Positions 10,700 through 21,834 of a stretch of DNA of 21,834 nt are shown one piece after another. The notes beneath the pieces are model-generated. The model did no database searches. It was not told the DNA's origin and saw nothing but the letters and a program-made list of their open reading frames with translations. This stretch comes from Octopus sinensis (lineage: Eukaryota): assembly GCF_006345805.1 (NCBI RefSeq), contig NW_021823693.1, positions 1 to 21,834 of the forward strand, read 5' to 3'. Numbering within the stretch: position 1 is the first letter of the stretch; each line of letters starts with the position of its first letter. The translations under genes and the position numbers were made by a program.

Positions 10700-10768
10700 T
10701 GGATTGTCATGGTTGGAACATCTTTGGTGATGGGTCATCCCCATCTTGACCGACCTAGGGCTAAACAG
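10700..10768 (-). repeat. Short dispersed repeat (family D)
   Basis: The reverse complement tttagccctagg...gacccatcaccaaagatgttccaaccatgacaatcc matches 9735-9800. Confidence 0.55.
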
Positions 10769-11027
10769 TAGCAATGACAACAAAAGAGATGAATTCAACA
10801 AATGGAAAAAAGAAAGAAAAAAGGGAACAGAAAAAGATGAATAAGAACATTTGTAATTAACAGAGAGAGGTTAATATGAGATAATTGGCAGGTACGTGGA
10901 GAATTTCTTTTGTCAGGTGAAGCAAGAGTTGGAATGGTGAAATGATAATTGAATGAGGGGGAGAGGAGGAGAGAAAGAGCAAGAGAGAGAGGGAGAGAGG
11001 AGGAGAGAGTAATTTTGTTGTGCCAAG

Positions 11028-11113
11028 GCATCAGATATCAGCAACACACTAAAGATTTGTTGTGAGAGTGTCGTTAAGAGAGGAGGTCATCAATGGAATG
11101 GTTATATGGAGAG
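11028..11113 (+). CDS. Weak candidate exon (ASDISNTLKICCESVVKRGGHQWNGYME)
   Basis: Strong donor GAG|GTatgg, modest acceptor aattttgttgtgccaAG, open frame phase 0-2. Confidence 0.2.
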
Positions 11114-11464
11114 GTATGGAGGCAGTCATAAATGCATTACCATTTATCATGGCCTAATGAGTTGGCAATTAGAAAGAAATTAAATAAATTTCATGGTTTT
11201 ACTGACGAGAATTCGTAAGTATGTTTAATGCGTTTATAAAGAGAGAGAGAGAGGGAGGGAGAGAGATAGAGAGGGAGAAAGAGAGAGGGAGAGGGAGATA
11301 GAGAGAGAGGGAGGGAGTGGGAGAGAGTGAGAGTGAGAGAGGTTTCTGTGAAATATGAGAGAGGAATGGAAAGTAACATAGTTGATGGTGAAGGTGAGCT
11401 AGGATAATTAACTACAGGTGAGGCAGTGGGCATTTCTACTAAGTACAGGCATGACTATAAGGCC

Positions 11465-11606
11465 AAGAAGTTTCTTTTCTAAAACTCAAGGTTTCTGGTT
11501 CAATCCTACTGCTTGACATCTCGGACAAAGGTTTTCTACCATGGCTGTAGACTGCTGACTGAATCCTTGTGAGTGGATTTGGTCAATAGAAGCCGAAAGA
11601 TCCCCA

Positions 11607-11610
<4 letters not shown>
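11465..11610 (+). mobile_element. Diverged family C SINE
   Basis: ggttcaatcc B-box-like motif, ggacaaaggttttctacc and ccttgtgagtggatttggt..a.ga..cc gaaaga followed by (TA)n. Matches the reverse complement of 9238-9382. Confidence 0.65.
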
Positions 11611-11650
<40 letters not shown>

Positions 11651-11891
11651 GTGATAGTACTATCAAAATATCATCACTAGTGGCAGCGAATACCAGCCAT
11701 ACAGGCAAAATTACTAAAATATATATATGTAAGATATATACATACATACGTTCATACATACACACACGCATATATATGTGTGTGTGTGTATATATACAAG
11801 GGTACTACGTGAGCACCTACATTGCTAAATATAGATAAAATTATATAAATATATATATATATAAGAAATAATTGAGATTCAGTTGAATTAG

Positions 11892-11942
11892 GTACTTCAG
11901 TTGAACAAGCAAGTCAGTCCAGTGTTATCCGCACAGCTCAAA
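11892..11942 (+). CDS. Weak candidate small exon (frame ambiguous)
   Basis: Strong donor CAAA|GTaagg, with acceptors at 11891 or 11900. Two frames are open (TSVEQASQSSVIRTAQ or VLQLNKQVSPVLSAQLK). Confidence 0.22.
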
Positions 11943-12032
11943 GTAAGGTGAATAAAATAAAACTAAACAATGGTGTATCAAGAAGTGATGCAGTACAACC
12001 GTTTCAAGCAACTCCATGTGTGTGTGTATGCA

Positions 12033-12075
<43 letters not shown>

Positions 12076-12226
12076 GTGTGTGTGTGTGTGTGTGTGTGTG
12101 TATGTATGCATATATGCAATGAGATACACACACACACATGTACATGTATCCACACAGCCAGTAAACAGCTATGAAATAAATGATTATCTTATATGCATGT
12201 AGAAATGTTAGCTTCTATACAAATGC

Positions 12227-12230
<4 letters not shown>

Positions 12231-12259
<29 letters not shown>

Positions 12260-13755
12260 CATACATACATACATAAATGCATACATATATACATACATAG
12301 ACACACATACATACATACATACATACATACACACACACATACATACATACACACAAACACACATACATACATACATACATACATACATACATACATACAC
12401 ACATACATACATACATACATAAATGCATACATACATAAATACATACATACACACATACACACATACATACATACATACACACACATACATACATGCATAC
12501 ATACATACACACATACACACATACATACATACATACATACATACATACATACATACATACATACACCCATACATACATATATACACACACACATACATAC
12601 ATACATACATACATACATACATAAATACACACATACATACACACATACATACATACATAAATACATACATACACACATACATACATACACACACATACAT
12701 ACATACATACATACACACATACACACATACATACATACATACATACATACATTCATTCATACATACACACATACACACATACATACATACATACATATAT
12801 ACATACATACATACATACACACATACACACATACATACATACATACATACATTCATACATACATACATACATTCATACATACATACACACATACACACAT
12901 ACATACATACATACATACATACATACATACATACATACATACATACACACATACACACATACATACATACATACATTCATACATACATACACACATACAC
13001 ACATACATACATACATACATACATACATACATTCATACATACATACATACACACATACACACATACATACATACATACATACATTCATACATACATACAT
13101 AGATACATACATACATACATACATTCATACATACATACATACATACATACATACATTCATACATACATACATTCATACATACATACATACATACATACAT
13201 ACATACATACATACATACATACATACATTCATACATACATACACACATACACACATACATACATACATACATTCATACATACATACACACATACACACAT
13301 ACATACATACATACATACATACATACATACATTCATACATACACACATACATACACACATACATACATACATACATTCATACATACATACACACATACAC
13401 ACATACATACATACATACATACATACATACATACATTCATACATACATACATTCATACATACATACATACATACATACACACATACATACATACATACAT
13501 ACACCCGTACATTCATACATACATACATTCATACATACACACATACATACATTCATACATACATACACACATACACACATACATACATACATACATACAT
13601 ACATACATACATACATACATACATACATACATACACACATACACACATACATACATACATACATACACACATACACACATACATACATACATACATACAT
13701 ACATACATACATACATACATACATACATACATACATACATACATACATACATACA
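12231..13755. repeat. About 1.5 kb (CATA)n array with CACA, CATT and AAAT variant units
   Basis: Direct reading. It is the source of the 500-aa HTYI ORF and the MYVC ORFs. Confidence 0.97.
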
Positions 13756-13930
13756 TGTATCCACAACTTTTTTTTATCCTCTCTCTGTTTTTCATCTTCT
13801 CTTATTCCTTTCCGTTGAAGAGCAGAGGCTGGAAGCATAAAAGACTTCCTCACTTTCCCAAGCATCAAACTGGTACACCTGCTTGGTGTTTAATACACCT
13901 GTCTTTGTCTTTTGTTTTTTTGTAAATTTC
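13756..13930 (+). mobile_element. Second, more diverged copy of family P repeat
   Basis: Homologous to 2455-2625; tccgttgaagagcagaggctggaagcataaaagactt at 13811-13847. Confidence 0.6.
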
Positions 13931-13939
13931 AACAATAAA

Positions 13940-13954
13940 TGCACACACACACAC

Positions 13955-14013
<59 letters not shown>

Positions 14014-14121
14014 ATATATAAAACTGTATATGTGTATATATATATATGTATATATATAAAACTGTATATGTGTATATATATATATATGTATATATATACA
14101 TATATAATATACATATATATG

Positions 14122-14189
<68 letters not shown>

Positions 14190-14263
14190 TATATGTATAT
14201 ATATAAAACTGTATATGTGTATATATATATATATATATACATATATAAATATACATATATATG

Positions 14264-14313
<50 letters not shown>

Positions 14314-14340
14314 TACATATATATATATATATATACATAA
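13940..14340. repeat. TA-rich array with recurring aaaactgtatatgtg units
   Basis: aaaactgtatatgtgtatata recurs three times within (TA)n. Confidence 0.9.
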
Positions 14341-15278
14341 ATACTAATTTATGTATAAATTTGTATTTTCTCCGTAGTTTTTTGTGCTAAGCCACTCGGT
14401 GTTAAATTAATGGTATTATTAAATTAATATCAATTTTTCACCCTCATTTATAAATACACACATATATATATATATATATAAAACTATATATGTATGTGTA
14501 TATATATCAATGCATACAATGACCAGCTTTGAAATACCTCTCATGCACACACACGCACACACACACACACACACACATGCCCACCTATGCCCACCTCTCC
14601 TCAATACCCTGATCAGTTCTCAAGTATTTCTCACAGCTGAATGGTCTGCAATATTTAAACTGCAATATCGTCTGATATTTCACAACGATATTACCATCCG
14701 CCAGAGAAGATGGCTTTTAATTGACCAAAGCTGATCTAATGATGAACAAATTACTTCTCGTTAGAGTTATCACACAATCTTTATTACATAATGATTGCCA
14801 TGCTTAATTAGGTGTGAAATATGTTAGAATGTTCTGGATCAAATAATGACGACTAGTCTCATGTGAAAAGTAAGCAGGTTCGAAATGGCAATTGAATAAT
14901 AATAATGAGTGTAATGGTTCTCCTCTTGTAGAAGTGTTTGTATTGGTGGTGGTGGAGGTGGTGGCAGTGGCGGTGGTGGTAGTAGCGCTATTGTGTTTGG
15001 TCGTTCTCTGCAATCAATGATGAAAAGACACTAACAATGGAGAGAATGTGATTCCCTCTTTAATCCTCATCATTTATCATGTCACGATTTGGTTGGTTAG
15101 TCCAAGCATGTCTGCAGAAACGGTACATTTTGGAACTGTATAAAGTTGTGGGTTGAGCATGACTTCACACACAATAACCCAATGGACTCCTCCTCCAGTA
15201 TTTACATACATATATAGTCGTGCATGTATATATATATATATATATACACACACACATATGCTCACACACACATATGCT

Positions 15279-15309
<31 letters not shown>

Positions 15310-15373
15310 GTATTAAACATGTATAAACAGACATAGACATATATCCTACTACTCCCCCTCCTCCTCCTCTCCT

Positions 15374-15392
15374 TATCATCATCATCGTCATC

Positions 15393-15437
<45 letters not shown>

Positions 15438-15460
15438 GTCATCGTTATCATCGTCATCAC
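15374..15460. repeat. (CAT)n microsatellite
   Basis: Direct reading of the sequence. Confidence 0.9.
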
Positions 15461-15526
15461 CGGTGTCTTTTCAGTGTCCATATTTTGCCATGCAATCCGA
15501 GTATGATATTGATTTGCTGTAAACAG

Positions 15527-15627
15527 AGCTAACGCTTGTCGTGGTCGGTCATTGCCTCTTTGGTGAATCCCAACATCTAGAGATCAAATCTCACATGGTC
15601 CATCTTAATCCACAATTCTGGATATTG
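15527..15627 (+). CDS. Candidate exon (LTLVVVGHCLFGESQHLEIKSHMVHLNPQFWIL), phase 1-0
   Basis: Acceptor gatttgctgtaaacAG, donor TTG|GTaaca, 33 open codons. An alternative shorter exon 15527-15562 (donor GTgaat) is also possible. Confidence 0.3.
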
Positions 15628-15945
15628 GTAACAAGGCTTTGATAGGTGTGCAGTACTCAATATCATAAAACATTGTTTAGAATGGATGTTAAACAATGAC
15701 GATGACAACAGTGATGATGATGATGATGATGATGATGATGTCCCAATATTGTCTCTACCCAGCTGTGACACCAAACAGAGTGTCACCCTACCACACCGTC
15801 CCACCAATACTGTTTCCATGGCTACCCACGCTACACACTAAATGTTTATTCACAATGACTCTACACACACACACACAAATATACATACGTAAATCCATAC
15901 ATAGATATTTCTTTCTTCTTTTCCTGTTTTCTTCCTTTAATTCAG

Positions 15946-15982
15946 TCACTGAACTGTGGCCATGCTGGGGCACCACATTGAA
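15946..15982 (+). CDS. Candidate 37-nt exon (TELWPCWGTTL)
   Basis: A ~30-nt polypyrimidine tract ending ttcAG, and a strong donor AA|GTatgt. Only the phase 1-2 frame is open. Confidence 0.25.
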
Positions 15983-17922
15983 GTATGTACTTTTTCAAGT
16001 CCAGTACTTATTCAATTGGTCACTTTTGTTGAACCACAAGATAACAAAGGGTATAAACAAACCAACATCCCTTGTCAAGCAGCGCAGAGACACAAAGTCC
16101 CCCCCTTTCTCTCTCTTCAACTGAGGTAGCCACATATCCCCCCCTTTCCTGCCAAATGTCTATTTCTGTCCCCTTATTTATTCTCTAACCCACCTCCCCT
16201 CAATACATCCCATCCCCACTCAGTCACAGGGGTCTTGTCTTCAAAGTTACTTAGCAACCTTACTACTGCCACATAAAGAAAACATCCAGTAGCCCCAGAA
16301 AGGGGGTTGGCATATTAGGAAGGACCCATGCGAAAACAAATTCTGTTCATCATTGCATGTACACACATACATACATACACACACACACACATATATGCAT
16401 ACATACATACATATGAAAAGGAGCTCTGATATATGTGTTAGCAAAGACTTCCTCTGGATATGATGCTAATCACTATAACGTTGACTTTCCCTCATCATAA
16501 GCTGAAGGGGAGAGACCTACAAGACTTCTACAGCACTTTGCATTCTACGTGCTGTATTATACAACAGGGTGTATAGCATTATATAGCAGGATATATAATA
16601 TTCAACATACTGTATCGTATAGTAGGATATATAACACATTATACAACAGGGTGTATATAACACTGGCTCTCGTGTAGAATCATAATTCTAATTGTTACCA
16701 TGCCAATAATGTCTGGTCGGTTCCATCCTGTCAAAACCAATCTGAAAACCAAATTGTTGTCTTGTTTCAGCTGAGTTCTGTTCCATTATATTCTTGAGAA
16801 TTCCTTCTGATCGGTCACATGTTAATGGATTTTGTGTGAAGGGTCACATCTGAAAGAAAGGTCAACATTTCAAGGAAATTTGGCAATTTCCCAAAGATAT
16901 TTCATCAAACTGTTTCTTAAAAGATGTTTAGCAAATTAGGGTTGAAGAACATGGCAAGAATTGTCAATAGCCATTAACAAAATTCCGAATGTTTGTAGCA
17001 GAGACAGAAATACCTTTTTTTTTTTGTTTTGCATTTTTGTTTGTTTTGTTTGTGTTTCTCTCCTGGTTTGACAATATTATTGTCTAAATCTGAGATAATG
17101 AGATGTCTTTAATGACACGTCCACCTTGGCACTTCTTAAATTGGTCCTCAGATGTGTAGTAGAGTGATAGCATACTGTGTGTTGTTTCATCATTGTTGTT
17201 ATCATCATCATCATCATCATCATCATCATTGTCATCACCACCATCGTCCTCATCATCCTCATTATCATCTTCATTCCAAATCAATGCAAGGGGCCAACAT
17301 CATCACACTGCTTGAAAAAGCAGCCAAATCTGAGGAAAATGTGTTTTTAAATAGACACATTGGATTGTGTAATCCAAGATATGCTAGGTCTGAATAAAAG
17401 TCAGGATGTTTATGGTTAGAATGTCTTTCCTGGTCGCTCTGTCCTGTGGTTAAATATTAAGAGCAACCTCTAAAATTACCACAAATTTCCTCCTTCCATG
17501 ATAAACACTGAAGCAGTTTCTTCAGAAAGAGATCCCTTGTAGACTTCCCCATTCTGTAAACTGTCTACCAAGGTTCTCTTATCTCCCCTCTTCAATCCCT
17601 GCAACAACGATCAGTTCCTTATTATTTCTAATCCACCAATCCCCATATTTTCCATCATAAACGTTGATGGAGCATAGTATATGGTGTAAAGATGTAGAAG
17701 AAATATCCAAGCAGCCCCAACCTTCCTGCCAGATCTGGCTGTATTTCACATGGGATTTTTGGTCCCCCAAAATCGTCAGTCTATTGTTTTTGCTGTAAAT
17801 CTAAGCCTGAACTCTTCAAGTTGTATGCCAGAAAATGCAGCGCCCTGGTTCTCAGCCATTTTCTACCTATGGACCTCTTTCATTCCTATTTTCCTCTGCT
17901 GAATCTCCATGGCTGTTTAATA

Positions 17923-18695
17923 TACGAGGTTTGGTCAATAAGTATCTGGACTGTTGCCATAGTAACGAAGCTACAGCACACAGAGTGAAACTGCTTGACA
18001 AAAATTGACATTGAGCTCTGCTGTATGTGTGCACTAAGTTTTAACACTGCAGAAAGTGTATGGAGAGGAGTGTATGAGCTGCACACAAGTGTACGAGTGG
18101 TTCAAATGTTTTCAAGATGGCTGAAAAATGTCGATAGTGACGAACGTTCTGAGACCCAAAACCAACAGAACTGAGAAAAACATTAGAGATGTGCTTGCAG
18201 CTGTGAGGAGAAATTGTGGAATCACCATCTGTGAGTTATCAGAGAATGTGCAGATTAGTTATGGTTCAGTTCAGTCCATTATCATCGAAGATTTGGGTAC
18301 GAGATGCATGTCTACCAAGTTTGTGCCAAAACTGCTTTCAGCTGACCAAAAGGTCATTCGGGTTTCAGTTGTACAAGATGTCCTTTTTGTGTATTGAGTA
18401 CAATGAAAACTTTTTGAAAACTTTGTGTAGGCCTCTGAGCAGCATCTCCAATCTTTTGGCAAAATTTGATGCAGATTCTCTGCTCAACTTCCTCAGTCAT
18501 GGTCAACACAATGATCACACACTACACACCTTCCTTCCAAGCACAGCTGTAAACAGCAGAAGTGAGCTAGAATGTTAAAACTCAGTGCACATGCACAGCA
18601 GACTTCAAGGTCAATCTGTGCCAAGCAGCTTCACTTTTTATGCTATAGCTTTGTTACTATGGCAACAGTCTGGATACTTATTGATCAGAAGACGT
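17923..18695. mobile_element. Rearranged, non-autonomous mariner (Tc1/mariner) derivative with ~124-bp inverted ends
   Basis: The left end TAcgaggtttggtcaataagtatc is typical of mariner. 17923-18046 and 18573-18695 are inverted repeats (about 24 mismatches in 124 by hand count). The + strand 18047-18425 gives LQKVYGEECMSCTQVYEWFKCFQDG*...ITICELSENVQISYGSVQSIIIEDLG...KFVPKLLSADQK. The - strand from 18500 gives MTEEVEQRICIKFCQKIG / CSEAYTK. No DDD catalytic domain is present. Confidence 0.9.
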
Positions 18696-18800
18696 CATCA
18701 TCATCATCATCATCATCCGTTTTCCATGCTAGCATGGGTTGGACAGTTCGCCCGGGATCTGGTAAGCCACGGAGGCTGCACCAGGCTCTAGTCTGATCTG
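18695..18800 (-). mobile_element. 3' fragment of family B SINE
   Basis: The reverse complement cagatcagactagagcctggtgcagcc...gtccaacccatgctagcatggaaaacggatgatgatg matches the 3' ends of the 3661 and 9015 copies. Confidence 0.8.
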
Positions 18801-19642
18801 AATTTTACTTGATCAAACAGTCCCTTGTTTTAGTTTGCTGTAAATGCTGTGTGGTGGTCTTCATGCCTTGAAGATGGGTTGTATAATCATGACTATTTCA
18901 CACCATCACAAGGCAGGGGATTGAGGCAACAACAAGATGTCTTTCGCTATTGGTCCCGGTCAGTTTCTTCTCTGACAGTGACACCGGCACCAAGATTTAT
19001 TGGCCCAAGTCAGGGGTCTTTCCCCCCCCCCCATCTATCAACATCGATGATGAAGAGAAGCTGACTCGCATGCATGGCTAACAACTGGGCATCATGCATT
19101 TGCACATCTCTGTGCAGTGGCATGGTCCACCTTGACAAAGTGACTCCCTTACTATTTCTTGTCTATTCAAGAACTGTGTAGCTTAAACTTTTATTCTAAA
19201 TTCTCCATCATCTCCACTGGTCTCTGCAGTGGTTGACCTCACATAACATATAACGAAAGGAGACCCTCTTCATAACAGGAAACTATTTTGGGTCTTAATA
19301 CCTTCATCTACCTGTACTTCTAGTTATGCATCTCTCTATATCTATCTATATATCTTTCTGCCTCCTCTGTTTCTCTCTCTATAATATATATACACCCACC
19401 CACACATAAATATATATACATACATACATACATACATACATACATTCATACATACATATGCATATGAATATATATACACGCACACAAATGTACATCTATC
19501 AATCTATATATATGATGTGTGTATTTATATATATGTATGATATATATATTATATATATATATATATCTATATATATATATATACAAATATATAATTATAA
19601 TAATATATATATATTAATACAATATAATATATATATATATTA

Positions 19643-19840
19643 TCTATAAAATAATATGTACATTACTCAATAGTCAAGATAAAACTCTGAGTTTCAGATG
19701 CCGATGTGGAAATCCACAACGCCATCTCTTCGGTTATCTGGCTATATAAACCGAAGAGATGGCGTTGTGATTCCCACTTCAGCATCTGAAACTCAGAGTT
19801 TTATCTTGACTATTGAGTAATTAACAGATTATTTTATAGA
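19643..19840. repeat. Long inverted repeat (hairpin or foldback, MITE-like)
   Basis: Arms 19643-19735 and 19749-19840 differ by 6 mismatches and 1 indel and enclose a 13-nt loop. They contain a perfect 39-bp stretch (19663-19701 with 19782-19820). Confidence 0.95.
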
Positions 19841-19903
19841 AATAATTTCCTCTATTTACATAATATTGAGTGGTCCTTCTTTCTTTTGTATCTTACCGTT
19901 TTA

Positions 19904-19904
<1 letters not shown>

Positions 19905-19978
<74 letters not shown>

Positions 19979-20125
19979 GAGAGGGAAATAAATAGATAGA
20001 TAGATGGATAGGTAGATAGATAACAGATAGCTAGATAGACAGATAGATAGATAGAGATAGATAGATAGATAGATAGATAGACAGATAGATAGATAAATAG
20101 ATAGATAGATGATAGATATAGATAT
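19905..20125. repeat. (TA)n-(GATA)n-(GA)n compound microsatellite
   Basis: Direct reading of the sequence. Confidence 0.9.
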
Positions 20126-20827
20126 ATAGGTGTGCATATATGACTGCCATTCTATGAACTTCGTCTCTCCCTCCCTCCCTCCCTCCTCCTCTCTCCAAAC
20201 ACCTTTCTAAACCATCTCTAAACATCCAACACTTCAAGCTACACATTAACCACATCTACCCTGACACCCATCTTATATCTGTACCCTTTACATCTAACAA
20301 TGCACCCCTTCCACTCCAGCCTATGGCTGAACCCCTTTTTATGTCCAAATAACCCCTATAATTGATAAATCAATTGATAAAAAAAGAAACCCAGAGGACC
20401 AGAACAGATCACACTACAACATCGAAGAGCAACACCAGGGCTACTGCTACTACTACTTCTACTACCACTGCTGCTGCTGCCTCTTCTACAATGAACACAG
20501 AGTTCTTTAGTTTATTCAAAGGAACACAGTTAACGTCAGGCTGGAGTATTACACACACACACACACACACACGCACACACACACACACACGCACATATGC
20601 TCACTTTTTCTCTCTCAATACCTCTTCTCTCTCTCTCTCTCTCTCTTTCTTTCTTACTGGACTTCCTCTCCCTTTTCTTACCTCATAGCCTTTCTCTTTC
20701 CCTCCCACCATCACTCTCTCTCTCTCTCTCTCTCCCTCATCCTGTCCGCCCCTCCTCTAGTCATGTATTACACATAAATCAGATTAGCCAGGGATCTGAT
20801 AAAATGAGCAGCAACAATGTTAATGAT

Positions 20828-20920
20828 GGTGGTGGTGGTGGTGGTGGTGGTGGCAGTGGTGGTGGTGGTGGTGGTGGCAGTGGTAGTGGTGGTGGTGGTG
20901 GTGGAGTTGGCAGTGGTGGT
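20828..20920. repeat. (GGT)n microsatellite
   Basis: Direct reading of the sequence. Confidence 0.95.
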
Positions 20921-21371
20921 ACTATGTATATAGATTGGTAGAATTGATAATTGATGAATGAGGAAACAGATCCAAAAGTGAGTCTTTGATCTTGCATGGC
21001 CACCTCTGCCTTTTGGACCCTTGGAAAATATGGTTGCTGTTTGAAGCTAAAGGTAGATCGAGAGATAACATATAGGGGGGGGAGTACTTGAGGTGGTGGT
21101 GGTGGTGGCTTGGACATGGGGAGAGACTGCACACTTGGAATTAGACCAACTGCTCTCATATGTATATATATATATATATGTATAAATTTATAGACATATA
21201 CATGCATATATATGTATATATACCTGTATATATCCATATATCTATATACATATATATGTATGGGTATACTTAGATACACACACACAGACATATACATATA
21301 CATGTGTATATATATATATATATGTGCACGTGTGTGGTGTGTGTGTGTGTTGTCTCACCAATTCCCTGCAG

Positions 21372-21427
21372 AAGCAGTGCGAATGAAGCACCCTTCAGCT
21401 TTCATAGAAGCATGTCTTTAGCAGCAG
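21372..21427 (+). CDS. Weak candidate exon (SSANEAPFSFHRSMSLAA), phase 2-1
   Basis: Acceptor ctcaccaattccctgcAG and donor CAG|GTtacg. It could join in frame to an acceptor at 21797 (RLVLFVLVDS). Confidence 0.22.
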
Positions 21428-21834
21428 GTTACGTTTGATACAAAACCTATTGTTTAAGGAATGGTCCTGGTTACTTTATTAATTCTTGGCACCAATTGAA
21501 GCTCATGATACTTCCAGCCTCCCAAGTCTGTTGCCTTTCCTGTCACCAGGTATTTTTACCTTGGTTTTTCTCTGAATCCTGTCAATAAACTGAGAGGGTC
21601 ACTGAGGTGTTGTCTTAAGTCTTATTGGACCTAAAATTCTTCAAGGAAATTGCCACTTTGCTGATTTTTAATCAACCAAATGAAACTTGATAACATATTT
21701 TTCTGGGAAGGAAGACAGGATATTCTAAATAAAATTTTGAATTTCTGCATTGCTGTGTATTTATTATTCTTATTATTATTGTTGTTATACTTCTCAGAAC
21801 GTTTGGTCTTATTTGTTCTGGTAGATTCTGTGAG

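Noticed and set aside
11652-11665. 14-bp perfect palindrome tgatagtactatca
   Set aside because: Isolated, AT-rich and without supporting context.
12189-13925. 500-aa HTYI ORF and many MYVC ORFs
   Set aside because: These are arithmetic consequences of a (CATA)n repeat that lacks stop codons; there is no coding signal.
16699-16849. Minus-strand AG/GT-bounded segment, open except for a TGA at codon 2 (selenocysteine idea)
   Set aside because: No selenoprotein motif or SECIS was recognised, and chance explains it adequately.
15278-17397. Poly-Met, poly-His and poly-Asp ORFs
   Set aside because: They derive from (CAT)n/(GAT)n tracts, many of which resemble SINE tails.
18128-18397. 89-aa ORF as a functional transposase or domesticated gene
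   Set aside because: It has an upstream stop and frameshift, its N-terminus lies on the other strand and the catalytic domain is absent.
18800-19330. Unique-looking sequence checked for RT or exon content
   Set aside because: I found no convincing motif or splice-bounded frame; it is left unannotated.
20597-21303. Gly-rich and Pro-rich ORFs
   Set aside because: They are produced by (GGT)n and CT-rich simple repeats.

Overview
AT-rich, repeat-dense animal genomic DNA. The SINE-like families and the very high microsatellite load resemble what I recall from Octopus genomes; that assignment is inference, not a database result. The window holds two decayed RTE-type LINE fragments, three tRNA/SINE-like families in multiple copies, a hAT-like MITE, a rearranged mariner transposase relic, a ~200 bp near-perfect hairpin, two copies of a repeat with a hammerhead-ribozyme-like motif, and many microsatellites, including a 1.5 kb (CATA)n array. 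Short unique islands contain plausible + strand exons (best: 3998-4152) of a gene I cannot identify. Nearly all long ORFs in the supplied track are microsatellite artefacts. I found no rRNA, true tRNA, CRISPR or prokaryote-type system. The best leads are the inverted mariner derivative (17923-18695), the hairpin (19643-19840) and the hammerhead-like motif (2506-2546).
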